Positions 1 through 17,330 of a stretch of 64,000 nt of DNA are shown here, one piece after another. Under the pieces are notes generated by a model. It did not search any database. It was not told where the DNA came from and worked only from the letters and a program-made list of their open reading frames with translations. The DNA is from the human T2T-CHM13v2.0 reference genome, Homo sapiens. The stretch lies in assembly GCF_009914755.1 (NCBI RefSeq), contig NC_060926.1; one strand, given 5' to 3'. The first letter of the stretch is position 1. Each line of letters starts with the position of its first letter. The position numbers were made by a program, and so were the translations under genes.

Positions 1-779
1 AAAGCCAAACAAACATACAAACAAACAAAAACACTTTAAGTGTTTAAGTTGCTTTTTTTACTATACTCACCAGGGAAAGGGAAAGATTGAGCCTCTTAAT
101 GCATGCAGAATGCTGAGAGTGCCAGGGCTGGGCTGAGAAATTTTTAGGGTAAAGCTATTAATCAGAAAAGAAATGAGAGGTAAGACAATGACTCACAACA
201 CATCAGAGCCGTTGGCTGCTCCCAGTGAGTACTAAACTCATTTAGGCAGCTAAAGCCAGTGGAAAAAGGGAAGCACTGAGGTTAGATCATCAAGAAGAGA
301 GAAGAGAAGGATGATCTTTTCTCTTTTAGATTCCGATAAACAAAGACAAAACCTACAGATGCAAGTTTTAGGTTGAAGCTTGAAGAGAAGGCATCAAATG
401 GTGCCCACATGTCACATTTCTTTACATCATGCTCCACATGTCAATCTTTCTAAATATGAAATATAAAGGTAGGTGATAAGCATTTAATTAAATATTTATG
501 TTGTAATAGAGGCTTTAAAGAAACTGAATACTCAAATATAAAAATGTGAATTTTATTTGGTCTCCAATGTAGTATCTATGAGGTCCAAACCAACCTATGC
601 AACTTACTTGCTCATTTAACCTTAATTGAATGGTATCAGACATCATGGTACACTTTATCCCAGTTTGAACACCATTATAACAGCTTATCTCTAAATCCAC
701 TAGATCAATAACTTGCCTACCCAACAAATGGCAAGAACTACAAATATTTCCCCAAAGGGAGATTGTTTACTGTAATTCC

Positions 780-1140
780 TGTAACTTGTCTGTGCTCTGC
801 CTTCTCTCTGCTCATCTTACAATCCTTCCGTCCGCACTCTGCTCACCAACTCAATACCATTTGTTCTACCAGCCAAAGTGTGGCTCGGGCCATTTAAATA
901 TGCTTGATATGAAATGACTCTTGTCTACTGCTCTCCTACCCCACTGGTTACTTTATTCACTGTTACCGATGTCTAGAATTCCTCACCATTTCATCTATTT
1001 TCAGGAAAGATTGTCCTTTATTACCTGATGTCCAGATATTGAAACCAATGTATATCATATATTTTACTGTTTTCTTTGTTGTTATTGTTTCAAGTGGCAG
1101 GGTAAGTCTGGTAGCCATTACTTCATCTTGGAGAGAAGCA
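780..1140 (-). mobile_element. Ancient L1M/L1ME-like fragment (approximate)
   Basis: Degenerate resemblance to the reverse complement of the old L1M ORF1-proximal region (e.g. 'ggcagggtaagtctggtagccattacttcatcttggagagaagca'); recognised by eye only. Confidence 0.35.
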
Positions 1141-1268
1141 GTAGTCTCAAATTTATAAAATTTAACGGAAAAATCGGAAAATAAAAGATTATGTTTATGA
1201 ATTACCTTTAGGAATATAAATTATAATTAGAGTCCTTATGTTCAAAAAGTTAAGTAGAGATATGGAAG

Positions 1269-1449
1269 ATATATATGTGTATATATACGTATATATACAT
1301 ATATACGTATATATACACACACATATATATACGTATATATATACATATATATGTGTATATATATACGTATATATATGTGTGTATATATATGCGTATATAT
1401 ATGTGCATATATATGCGCATATATATGCGCATATATATGCGTATATATA

Positions 1450-1450
<1 letters not shown>
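1269..1450. repeat. Compound (TA)n/RY-alternating microsatellite derived from the Alu tail
   Basis: About 182 bp of strict purine-pyrimidine alternation lying between the Alu body and its TSD. Confidence 0.95.
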
Positions 1451-1738
<288 letters not shown>

Positions 1739-2313
1739 GGAAGATATATTTTTTAAATACCCAAATGGAGCTTCCACAGAAGAAAAATACAATGTCTGAA
1801 ATAAAAATAGGGGGGTGGTTCCAAAACGGCAGAATAGGAACAGCTCCAGTCTACAGCTCCAAGCATGAGCGACGCAGAAGATGGATGATTTCTGCATTTC
1901 CAACGGAGCTTGGAAGACAGTAGTGGTTCTCCCAGCACACAGCTTGAGATCTGAGAATGGACAGACTGCTTCCTCAAGTGGATCCCTGACCCCAAAGTAG
2001 CCTAACTGGGAGGCACCCCCCAGTAGGGGCAGCCTGACACCTCACACAGCTGGGTACCCCTCTGAGACAAAACTTCTAGAGGAATGATCAGGCAGCAACA
2101 TTTGCTATTCACCAATATTTGCTGTTCTGCAGCCTCCGCTGCTGATACCCAGGCAAACAGGGTCTTCAGTGGACCTCCAGCAAACTCCAACAGACCTGCA
2201 GCTGAGGGTCCTGTCTGTTAGAAGGAAAACTAACAAACAGAAAGGACATCCACACCAAAAACCCATCTGTATGTCACCATCATCAAAGACCAAAGGTAGA
2301 TAAAACCACAAAG

Positions 2314-3329
2314 ATGGGGAAAAAACAGAGCAGAAAAACTGAAAATTCTAAAAATCAGAGCACCTCTCCTCCTCCAAAGGAATGCAGCTCCTCACCAGCA
2401 ATGGAACAAAGCTGTATGGAGAATAACATTGACGAGTTGAGAGAAGAAGGCTTCAGACGATCAAACTTCTCCGAGCTAAAGGATGAAGTTCGAACCCATG
2501 GCAAAGAAGTTAGAAACCTTGAAAAAAGATTAGACGAACGGCTAACTAGAATAAACAATGCAGAGAAGTCCTTAAAGGACCTGATGGAGCTGAAAACCAT
2601 GGCACGAGAACTACGTGACGAATGCACAAGCTTCAGTAGCCATTCGATCAACTGGAAGAAAGGGTATCAGTGATGGAAGATCAAATGAATGAAATGAGGT
2701 GAGAAGAGAAGTTTAGAGAAAAAAGAATAAAAAGAAATGAACAAAGCCTCCAAGAAATATGGGACTATGTGAAAAGACCAAATCTACGTCTGATTGGTGT
2801 ACCTGAAAGTGACGGGGAGAATGGAACCAAGTTGGAAAACACTCTGCAGGATATTATCCAGGAGAACTTCCCCAATCTAGCAAGGCAGCCCAACATTCAA
2901 ATTCAGGAAATACAGAGAACACCACAAAGATACTCCTCGAGAAGAGCAACTCCAAGACACATAATTGTCAGATTCACCAAAGTTGAAATGAAGGAAAAAT
3001 GTTAAGGGCAGCCAGAGAGAAAGGTCGGGTAACCCACAAAGGGAAGCCCATCAGACTAACAGCTGATCTCTTGGCAGAAACTCTGCAAGCCAGAAGAGAG
3101 TGGGGGTCAATATTCAACATTCTTAAATAAAAGAATTTTCAACCCAGAATTTCATATCCAGACAAACTAAGCCTCATAAGTGAAGGAGAAATAAAATACT
3201 TTACAGACAAGCAAATGCTGAGAGAGTTTGTCACCACCAGGACTGCCCTACAAGAGCTCCTGAAGGAAGCGCTAAACATGGAAAGGAACAACCGGTACCA
3301 GCCACTGCAAAAACATGCCAAATTGTAAA
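2314..3329 (+). pseudogene. L1 ORF1p, disrupted by frameshifts and stops
   Basis: ORF fragments 2314-2673 (MGKKQSRKTENSK...) and 2769-3005 (KRPNLRLIGVPE...) match ORF1p; compare the intact copy at 45202. Confidence 0.93.
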
Positions 3330-3364
3330 GACCATCGAGGCTGGGAAGAAACTGCATCAACTAA

Positions 3365-7209
<3,845 letters not shown>

Positions 7210-7446
7210 GTGGGAATTGAACAATGAGAACACTTGGACACAGGAAGGGGAAAATCACACACCAGGGCCTGTTGTGGGGTGGGGGGAGGGGGACAGGGAT
7301 AGCATTAGGAGATATACCTAATGTAAATGACGAGTTAATGGGTGCAGCACACCAACATGGCACATGTATACATATGTAACAAACCTGCACGTTGTGCACA
7401 TGTACCCTAAAGCTTAAAGTGTAATTAAAAAAAAGAAATAAAAATA

Positions 7447-9530
7447 AAATGCTGAATAAGATTAGTGGCAGATTACATATTGCAAAAGAAACTATTAGTG
7501 ACTTAAAAACATAGCCAATAGCAAAACAAAACAAAACAAAACACCATAGCCAATAGCAATAATCCACAAATGAAACACAGAGAGAAAAAATATAAATTTT
7601 AAAATGACAAGAGAATCCTATAAGCGGAGAAGGTAGGAGATTAAAAAAATATTTTAAGAAGTAATGGCTGAAAAATCTCCAAATTTGATGAAAACTATAA
7701 ACCCACAGATCCAAGAAGTTCAATGAACTACAACCACAAAAACCATGAAGAAAACTACACCAAGGCACATCATAATCAAATTGCTGAGAATTGTGATAAA
7801 GAGAAAATAGTAAAAGTAACCAAACAAGGGAAAAATGAAACATTATGTACAGATAAATTAAGCTAAGAATGACAACATATTTCTTGTCAGAAAAAAATGT
7901 AAGTGCAAAGAAGCCAGTGAAGTAATATGTTGAAGGTATTAAAAAAAAAAACCTTAACAACATATGATTCTATACCCAGCAACAATATCTTTTCAAACTT
8001 AAGGTATAAAATAAGGACATTTTTAGACATATAAAACCTGAAAGAATTCATCAATAGCAGACCCACACTAAAAGATATGTTAAAGGAATTCCTTTGGGAA
8101 CAAAGAAAATGACTTAAGATAGAGATATGAATCAAAGGAATGAAAAGCATCAAAAATGGTAACTATATGTGTAAATATATGAGATTTTTTCTTATTATTT
8201 AGCTTTATATCAAAGTGTTTAAGAACAAAGAATATTACCAGAGATTAAAAAGGCAATTTTATGATGCAGAGCTGAAAAATTTCACCACTCCCTCTTCCAG
8301 TAATTATTTTTAAGTAGACCGAAAGTCAGGAAGGATACAATGGACTTGAACAACACTGTTGACCTATTAAGCAAACTGACCTAATTGACATTTATAGAAC
8401 ACTCCACCACTCCACCTAGTAACAGAATACACATTATTTTCATGTGTATACAGATTATTTATCAAGATAAATCAAATTTTGCTCATAAAATAAGTCTCAA
8501 TACTTTTAAAAGGATTCAAGTCATACAAAATGTGTTCTATGACCACAATGAAATTAAATTAGAAATCAATAACAGAAAGATCTTTGAGAAATCCCTCAAA
8601 ATTTAGAACTTAGATAATACAATTTTAAATAACCCACTGGTCAAGGAAGAAATAAAATTGTAAATTTGATTATTTAAGAAAGACTTGTGAAATTAAAAAC
8701 ACAGCACATCAAAATTTGTAACAGAAATTTATCAATTTATGAAGAAATTTCTCAGATCAATTACCTCAGATTCTATTTTCAGAAACCAGAAAAAGAGAAG
8801 CAAGTGCAACCCAGATTAAGCAGAGGAAAGGAAATAATAAAGATCAGATAAGAGATCAATGAAACAGAAAAAGGAAAATAGAGAAAATCAAAGAAACCAA
8901 AAGCTGGTTCTTCAAAGAGATCAATAAAATAAATAAACTTCTAATCATGTTGATAAGGAGAACAAAAAAGATAGAAGACACAAAGTTCCAATATCAGGAA
9001 TGAGAGAGGGAGCATCACTACAGAATTTACAGATAGATAGATATTAAATGAATAATAAAGGATATTATTAATAGCTTTTTGACAATAAATATAATAATTT
9101 AGATGAAATGAATGAATTCTTTGAAACATACAGGTACCAAACTCACTCAAAGAGAAATAGATTACCTGATTAACCTTATAACTATTATAGAAATTGAATT
9201 TGTGGTTAAATTCTTGCCACAAAAAAATCTGCAAGCCCTGATGGCTTCACTACTGAATTCTACCAAACGTTTAAGCTAGAAATAAGGCCAATTCTTTCCA
9301 AACTCTTCCAGAAAATTAAAGAGGACAGAACAATTTCCAACTCATTCTATGAGGCTAGCATTACCCTGATACCAAAACTTGATAGTCACATTTTAAGAAA
9401 ACTACAGACCGATATACCCCATGAACACAGATGCAAAAATTCCAGATAAATTTTAGCAAATTGAATCAAATAACAATATAAAAAGGACAAAACATCATGA
9501 CAAAGTAGGGCTTCTCCCAGGAATATGAGT
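7447..9530 (+). mobile_element. Ancient L1M (L1MC/MD-like) ORF1 to ORF2 remnant, right part
   Basis: Degenerate L1 motifs: 'ccaaggcacatcataatcaaattgctgag', 'gaccacaatgaaattaaattagaaatcaataac' (DHNEIKLEIN, EN-like), 'gatggcttcactactgaattctaccaaac', 'aactcattctatgaggctagcattaccctgatacc'. Confidence 0.85.
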
Positions 9531-10299
9531 AGCTTAACCTCATCAAGGTAGGTATTGTTTTAGATGACCCACATTTTAAAATCTTAAAACAGAAGGTCAG
9601 ATTCAGTATAAATATTCCTATTCTTCCTTATTGAAGATCTTGCCTCTTGTTAGGGCAGCCAGGAGCTGGGTAATTTTTCACTCTTCAGGATGAAGAGAAG
9701 CCTGAGATCAAAATATCCAACAGTTCAATCAAATGTATAAATTAGACTTCTACCTGGATTTACCACATTAAGACTCTTGAATGATAAAGATTTTTTGAAG
9801 TATTGAGACAACAGCAACTATATGGTTACCTTATATCCACACTTAGCAACAGTGAAGCAAAATTTAAACAGGAAAAGGCTGAGGGAACTGTCTACAAACA
9901 AAAAGAAGAAACAGGAAGGACTAGAGAGAGAGAGAGAGATTTGTTTTTTGCGGGGAGGGCCATGCTGTCTTCCAGGTGCTACCAACCAGAAGCCAATCTT
10001 TACCATTCCAATATAAAATTTCTCTGTTGGTAGACAGAGTCCCTTCCCTCCCTCTATTAAAAATCAGGAAAACCACAGGGGAAAGGGTGGTAAGCACACA
10101 CACAGAGACAGTGTTCCCCTCCCCAGAGCAGATATTGGGAGCATAAGGGTGAAGATGGGAACATTGGGCAAAGCAGCCCACAGTGGTTCAGGGAATGGAG
10201 AATGGGCAGCATGGACTTCCTCCAACAGGAGATGGCAGAAAACTGCAGTGGAAGTAAAGTGGAGGGAAGAGGAAAGTAAACTCTAGGAAGGGTCAACAA

Positions 10300-10520
10300 A
10301 GAGGCAGCAGAATGGAGTGGAAAAAACATGACTTTTGAGTTCAGAGACTTGTGTTTGCATCTTAACTTGTTAACTAAATGACTGTTGAATGACTTATGCT
10401 TTCCATGCTGCCTCTTCCATAAAAATACCTACCTCGTATTCATGTTGTGATGATTAAATACGTTAAATGAGATATCATAAGTAATGCATATGTAAAGTAT
10501 ATTAGGTTGATATGAGGCAT
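10300..10520 (+). mobile_element. MIR SINE relic (approximate)
   Basis: MIR-like core and 'cctacctc...gttgtgatgattaaat' segment. Confidence 0.5.
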
Positions 10521-10607
10521 CCGTAACACTTATAGAGACTCAAAGTTCTGAGAATAGAGGGAACCGTAGGAAAATTTCTGCTTCAGTAGAAAACTAGGCA
10601 TTGCCTA

Positions 10608-10826
10608 TCAAGCTTGTCTAACCCATGGCCCGCGGGCCACATGCAGACCAGGACGGCTTTGAATGCAGTCCAACATAAATTTGTAAACTTTCTTAAAACA
10701 TTATGATTTTTTTGTGAATTTTTAGCTCATCATCTATTATTAGTGTTAATATATTTTATGTGTAGCCCAAGACAATTCGTCTTCTTCCAGTGTAGCCCAG
10801 GGAAGCCAAAAGATTGGACACCCATG
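10608..10826 (+). mobile_element. MER30 (hAT-Charlie MITE)
   Basis: 'ttgtctaacccatggcccgcgggccacatgc...ggaagccaaaagattggacaccc' with inverted termini. Confidence 0.8.
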
Positions 10827-11619
10827 GTCTAGATCCTAGAGGATACTTTTCCAGTTTGATTCTAGCCTGTCCTCGTCTTTGGTCTATTTACAACTCTGTA
10901 AATTGTGAATAACTGATAACAATGTACAATAATTCTTGTCTATAGATTTGCAAATTCTGTCCTGTTCAAAAATGTTCAATTGCCTATCACCAACTCCTTG
11001 TGAAAAAACCAGTTTTGCCTTCACTTTCACATTCATTTCAATGTTATCTACAACATGTGTATTCTTTAGATTATCTTTTAAGAGTCATGAGGCACTCAAA
11101 AGAGTGTGAGAGTCATGATTTTACCGTTTTTTAAGATTGTCTTTTAACATGACTAAGAATTGAGTCATCTGCCATTGAGGACTGTACAATTTGTTTATAT
11201 TGCAGCTGCAATCACCATCAGCAAAGCCGTTCTCAGTTTCCATCCTGTAATGTATTTTCTCAATTGCTTTTATCTGACACTGGTTCAACTGAAGTTCTTG
11301 TACATATGCAGAAAGTTAATAAAGTGTAGTTATGAACTGTTCTAGCAAGTTAATAACTTCTAAATTGAAGGAGCAATATATAATAACCTGAGCAAATTAA
11401 TCATTTTAAAACATCAGCACCTTGTCCATTTCCAATTTGCAAAAACCTGAGAAAGAAGAATGCTGCACTTAGATAACTCAAGCAGGACCCTGGAAAACAA
11501 ACAACGACACAGTCAATACCTGTCAGGCTTCCCAAGCTCTAATGAGAAAATGGGTCTTCCTCTTTCTCGTCCCATACAGTCATGCATCCACTGTCAGTCC
11601 TCACTCAGCTATACTGTTT

Positions 11620-11990
11620 GTTTGCCTTTGTCAAGTACCCATTCCATGGTCCTGGATTAGGTGCTTAGGGTGCAAAGATGGATGGATACAGCCCTATAGA
11701 CAGACTGTTCAAATAGGGTGGTGAGTGTTATGCTGTAGGATGGACAGCCCAGAGAGGACAGACATCTTGCCTCGGTCAACAAAGGCACTTCAACTGACAC
11801 TGGAAGAATGCAAAGCAGCTAAGCAGGTGAAAGAGGGGGGGATAGGAATTCTAAAACAGGGAATGGCATGTGCAAAGGCCTAAGGGTCACATAGAGAGAG
11901 CACGGTGTACCCAGAGACTATAAGCCATCTGGAATGCAGAATGCACAAAATGACAATGTGGGCATAGGCAAGGACCAGGCTGCTGTATGC
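11620..11990 (-). mobile_element. L2 relic (approximate)
   Basis: 'gggaatggcatgtgcaaaggccta' and related L2 3'-region motifs. Confidence 0.5.
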
Positions 11991-12957
11991 TGCAGCAGCC
12001 CTGGAGGAAAAATCAAATAATACTGTCTGCCATTTATTGGATGCCTACTATATACCAGGGATTATAATAAGCATTTTATAAATATTGTCTCAGTTAATCC
12101 TCACCAAATCCTAAATGGTTAAGTAGGATTTCTTTCTCTGTATTGCATTTTAATTACAAAACTAATATATGCTTGTTGCAACACGTCAAATTATCCTTCC
12201 AATCATAATCCTCAGCAAAAGTAGTAATGTGGTTTATATTCTTCCACATACTTCTCAATGCTCACACAGCAAATATAAATGTACAAACAAATATATGTAT
12301 ATACTAATTAGTTTATACTATACACATTCTTTGTCAACAACTTTTAAAATATAGCCACACATACAGACATCCTTTCAGGTTAGTACGTACAGAGATAAAT
12401 CCTCCTTTAAACAAACATTCCGAATGTACCAGAATTCATTCCACCATTCCTCTACCAGTGAACATTCAGGATATTTTTTTCCCTCTTCAACAAACAATGC
12501 TGAAATAAACACATCTTTGTGAATATATCCTTATGTACTGACGCTCTCATTTTTGTAGGATAGAGTCCCCCAAAGTGGGCATACACATTAAAAATTTTAG
12601 AGACACTGTCACACTAAATTATTAATGTTCTTTACACCTATTCATTTTTATACCTCTGCAAAATTGCAGAAAATAAATTGTTTTTCCCGGCAAGTCTTTG
12701 AGCCTTGTGGAGAATGATGAGGTCCTCATTCAGGTTTTTTTTACGGTCAATCTGATGGTTTTAGCCTGAATTTTACACACCTGAGCAATGAGACAACAAG
12801 AATATTGAATGATAAAACATCTCTTTATACCCACATGCCTTCGCTTACTGCTGAGGGACTCCTTGCTCGCTGCTTGGGCTGAGCAGGTGCTAGGCTGTCA
12901 GGCTGCCAGGTTTTAGGTGGAGAAATCATCAAATTATGAATGAACGCCTGTCATCAT

Positions 12958-12988
12958 GGTCACATGACCCTTCTGACTGAGCCAATCA
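12958..12988. promoter_or_regulatory. Candidate promoter module: palindromic E-box (USF/MiT-TFE type) plus CCAAT box
   Basis: GGTCACATGACC at 12958-12969 and AGCCAATCA at 12980-12988 in non-repeat DNA. Confidence 0.3.
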
Positions 12989-13989
12989 AGTCAAAATGTA
13001 TTGCCATAACTACAGCTTCATTTTTAGACATATAAGCCAACATATCCTTAAAACTATTTGCTACATCATATATTTTTTGCTTCTGTTATTTCTAACTAGG
13101 TTTGGAGAATATGGCAGAAATGGCATTTTAAAAAAGACAAAGACAAAAGGGAAAAATTCTTAAGTCCAAAGTTAAGCATAAACCTTGTTTTAAAACCAAG
13201 CAATTTGTTTTCCTTATTTTAACATAACTGCACGGGTTTTTGACTAGCAGATGAGGAAGAACTTAAAGGACCTGCGTTTCAAATATTTAGTAGCATTGTT
13301 ACTGCAGGGCTTCAAGAAGTTCCCTATTGTCCTGTGTAAATTTTGGGCAGCATCAGAAGCATGTGCTAAAGCTACTCCTACTAGTGGGCCTTTGTCTGCA
13401 CCATTTCCAATTTCACCTTGATATCACATTACCTTTCAATGTAACTGACTTTTGAGTCAGCTTCAGATGAGTGCTACATTTCGTCCATGTGTCCAAACTT
13501 GCAATTCTCCCCGCTTCATGTCTTACCAAAATGTACTCTTGGGAAAAACTGCCCATGTATTCTACCTGGTCTGGCCAAGTTTAGGCAGCTTATGAGACTT
13601 AATATCCTATAAGTGGTGGGAGATGGCATTTAAACAAAGGAATAAACAATAACAATAATAAAAAATGTTTAGAGTTTCACAGTTACAAATATAATAACAT
13701 ATTTAATACTATGTTATAACATATAAATATAAATAATGTTACAATATATAAATAACAACATACACAATAATAAATGTTTCAGTGCCACAGTTGAGAACTG
13801 TGGAACTCTAAACATGAGCAAGCAGGAGAGGTATGAGTGGTGGCTGTGGCACCAAGACAGCCACTTCTTCTGCATTAGCATAAAGCCATTCCTAGAATGA
13901 GAAACACTCTTTCATGAATCACCACATTACACTTGGACAAATCAATCCTTATCTTGCTAAAAAATAAAACAAAAAATGTCACTGTGGCA

Positions 13990-14430
13990 CTATCTTGCTT
14001 AACACCTGTAGTTGACTCTGCATCCCACTAGGACAAAACCTAAGCCCCAACCCTTAGCTCCCATCATGGCGCCCACTTGTGCTCCTAGGAAGGAGCATCT
14101 GGCGCCTTTTCCTCTGTGGCCTGGCTCACCCACTGTCCGTGGCCTGGCACACAATTCCCCACCTTACTCAGTGGTAAAATTATATTCATTCATCTTTATA
14201 CTTGGCTCAGTGAGCACCTGCTCTGCCAATCCTTCCTTAGTCTCCTCTCCAAGCTTCCTGACTCTGACCTCTACTCTCAGTGCTGCCAGATCATGTCGTC
14301 ATGATGTCTTCCTGTCTGGGCTCTCCCAGCACCACTGTGTTCCTGAAGAGTGGGGACCATGTCTCTTCCATGACTGTAGCTCTCAGGGGCCCAGCAAGCA
14401 GCCCTCAATAAACACTTCTTGAATGTGCAT
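13990..14430 (+). mobile_element. L2 3' relic (approximate)
   Basis: Ends 'gccctcaataaacacttcttgaatg', typical of the L2 3' end. Confidence 0.5.
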
Positions 14431-15867
14431 CAGTTTCTCCAAAGTGACCAAGGAAGGACCAAGGATCCCAGTCTTACAGATTCACACTTTGTTCTCAAAT
14501 TCCCCAAACTGACACTTTGGAATGAGTATCAGTCTCCTGAAGCCCCATCTGAGAGTGAAGGCTTTAATGTGTTTTTAGTTTCCTGTGCACCTCCCAACCC
14601 ACCCAGGAAAGTCAGTCATTTTCCTGCCTGGTGCGCTTAACAATCACCACTGTATTTCCTCATTTGAAAAATGGGTATAATGACAGAGCTGTTGGGGGGA
14701 TTAAATTATGTAAAATGGTTAAAGTGGTGTTGGGCACATGATACTTCAAGAAATGTTAGCCATTATTATAATTATTAAATCTGAAATCATTTGATGTCCT
14801 TGAACATTATTCAAATTTATATATATGCAAATCCCCCTAATGTATGCTCACTGATGCCAACATTAATCATATCAGAATTTGCTCCATAAGCATATTTCGA
14901 GCATAGGCTAACGTGTTTGTATGCATAGGACTTCAACAGCTCCCGTTTCACAGACTAGAAGTAAGAATGCTTTTCAGTGAACTTTGCCCTGGCAGTTAAC
15001 AAATGATAAGAAAGTTCATTCAGTGGGATTTTACAGGCAGCTAAATTGCCCCAAGTTTAGACTACCTGAAGCTGTTACAGCAAAGCTCACCCTGGCAGCT
15101 GGGGCACCAAATCCATGACCCCTGCTAGTTAATATGAAGTGGGGAGGGGGCCGAGGGAAAAGGAGACCCACATGAAGAGAGAATGTGAAATGAAATAGCA
15201 AGTGGTCCTCTGACTTGCTGAGGATTCTCTCGGGAAAAACATACCAGCTTGTGAAACATGAGCTTTAAGAAGAGTTGCCTGTCTACTTTTTCCCCATTCA
15301 TTTTTTTTGTATATATAATTTATGCTGCGTTATTCAGTCATCATTTAAGATTATTACCACAGCTTGCTAACAAGCCAAACTGCACTCAAAAGCATCTCAG
15401 AAGAGGAACTCACTTTTCTATCAACAAAAGTGTCTTCCAGTTTACACCAAAACCAATATATCAAAAGAAGTAGTTTCCCATATATCATGGAATTAACTGG
15501 TCATCAATGCATGACAAAATTCAAGTTTCTCTCAGATTATGGGGTCATTTTAGAGACCCAATTTACCAAAGACTTGACAATTTTTCACAAATTAACTTCG
15601 GTCTGCCCAAGGTACATCAGAAGCTCTATTTAAAACAGGCATCTTTTACTTTTGCATTACTTTTATGTGATTCTAGTTTCAATCAGCCAACCTACTGTCA
15701 AAAGTATTAACTACATTCTAACTTCACTGTTAGAATAAAATGGAGCAAGTATTCTACTCCAAACTAAAGGTTAAACTTAGCATTTAATTATCTTTAGCTT
15801 CAGGATTATACAAGGGAGTTCCAAGTGAGACAAGAATATAATAAAGTAGTAATATTCCAAGTTCTAT

Positions 15868-16285
15868 ACTGGTTTTGGACTGAATTGTTTCTCTCCCCAA
15901 CTCATCTGTTGAAGCCCCAACCCCCAGTAACTCAGAATGTGACTGTCTTTGAAGATATAGCCTTAAAGAGGTAATTAAGTTAAAACTATGCCATTAGGTC
16001 CTAATCCAAACTGAATGATGTCCTTATAAGAAAAGGAAATTAGAATACAAAAAGCGACACCAGGGACATGCAGGACATGCAGGCACAGAGGAAAGACCAT
16101 GTGAAGAGGCAGAAAGAGGGTGGTCATCTGCAAGCCAAGGAGCACGGCCTCAGAGAAAACCAACCCTACTGTCACCTTGATCTTGGACTTCCAGCCTCCA
16201 GAACTGTGAGATGATAAATTTGTGTTGTTTAAGCCACCCATAACAACCCAATATGTTGTTATGGCAGCCCTAGCAAATTAATAAA
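15868..16285 (+). mobile_element. MLT1B/MLT1A-like MaLR solo LTR
   Basis: 'ggactgaattg...cagaatgtgactg...ccttataagaaaagg...ccagcctccagaactgtgag...atggcagccctagcaaattaata'. Confidence 0.85.
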
Positions 16286-16549
16286 ATAGTCCAAGAATTC
16301 AGATGTGAATTCAAAATACTCTATGGAATAGGAAAGAATTCAGAATACTCTATGAAGTAGGAAACCAAATTCTTAAACTTTGTGCCATATTCCAAGAGAT
16401 CATCATAAAGAAAATTAAGTATTCATCAATGGTCCTTCTTCCTTTGTCCCCTCACCCAGACCTCTTAGGCTGCATGGAACAGTTGCTGAAACTCCATCCT
16501 GTTCTGCTCTTCCCAGATGTGATCTCTAGGGTCCAGCTGTTTTTCTCCC

Positions 16550-16710
16550 TCAATCCCTTCTCATTTGTACATCAGAATCACTGGAGAGCTTGTGAAAACA
16601 GAGTATTGGGCCCCACTCCCAGAGTTTTTGATCCAATAGGTCTGAGATGGGGCCCACAAATTTACACTTCTAAAATACTGCAAATGATACCGATGCTTTG
16701 AGAACCACTG
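16550..16710. mobile_element. MER5A (hAT-Charlie MITE)
   Basis: 'catcagaatcactggagagcttg...ggtctgagatggggcccac...tttgagaaccactg'. Confidence 0.75.
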
Positions 16711-16919
16711 TATCATATACCAGGTTACCAGCAATCCCTACGCTCAGCCATACCTGCAACCAAAAACAGTGACATACACCCTTAGGGCCCTGCTTGGATT
16801 TGGCAGGCTAAGCTTATAAATTAATTTATGCCAATGTAAAGCAATATATTACCCCTTACAGGGTATTTGATTTTAAAGAGTCATTTAGAGAGAGTATTAA
16901 TGACAGCTATAAATACCTT

Positions 16920-17330
16920 GCTATAAGCCATAAGCTAACTGTATTCTTGAGGGCAAGCCAATTGCTATGATAAGTAACCCCCACTCCCAGTGGCTTAACA
17001 CAGTAAGCATTTATGTCTCATTGACAATCCAATGCAGATTGTGTGGTGGGATAGTTACTCTGCTCCATGCAGCCGTTCAGGGACCCAGGGTTCTTTCATC
17101 TAGTGGATCTTCTATTTGGCAAGCAGATGAGGGAAGAGAGTAGGATCTGTGGGAATTTCTTAGAAGGTAATTTCACCCACATTCCACATCCCCTTTATTT
17201 CCAACCATGTTTCATCGGACAGAACTCAGTCATATAATAATGACCTTACTATGAGGGAGACTGGGAAATATAGTCTAGCTGAGAGGAAAAAGTATAAATA
17301 TTATTGAACAACCAGCCAGTCCCTGCCACA
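16920..17330 (-). mobile_element. Old MLT1 (J/K-like) LTR relic (approximate)
   Basis: 'cagtggcttaacacagtaagcatttat...cagggacccagg...gggagactgggaaatatagtct'. Confidence 0.55.

Noticed and set aside
12781-12848. Intron between the 12849 donor and an acceptor at 12781
   Set aside because: Only 68 nt with a poor pyrimidine tract, borderline for a human intron
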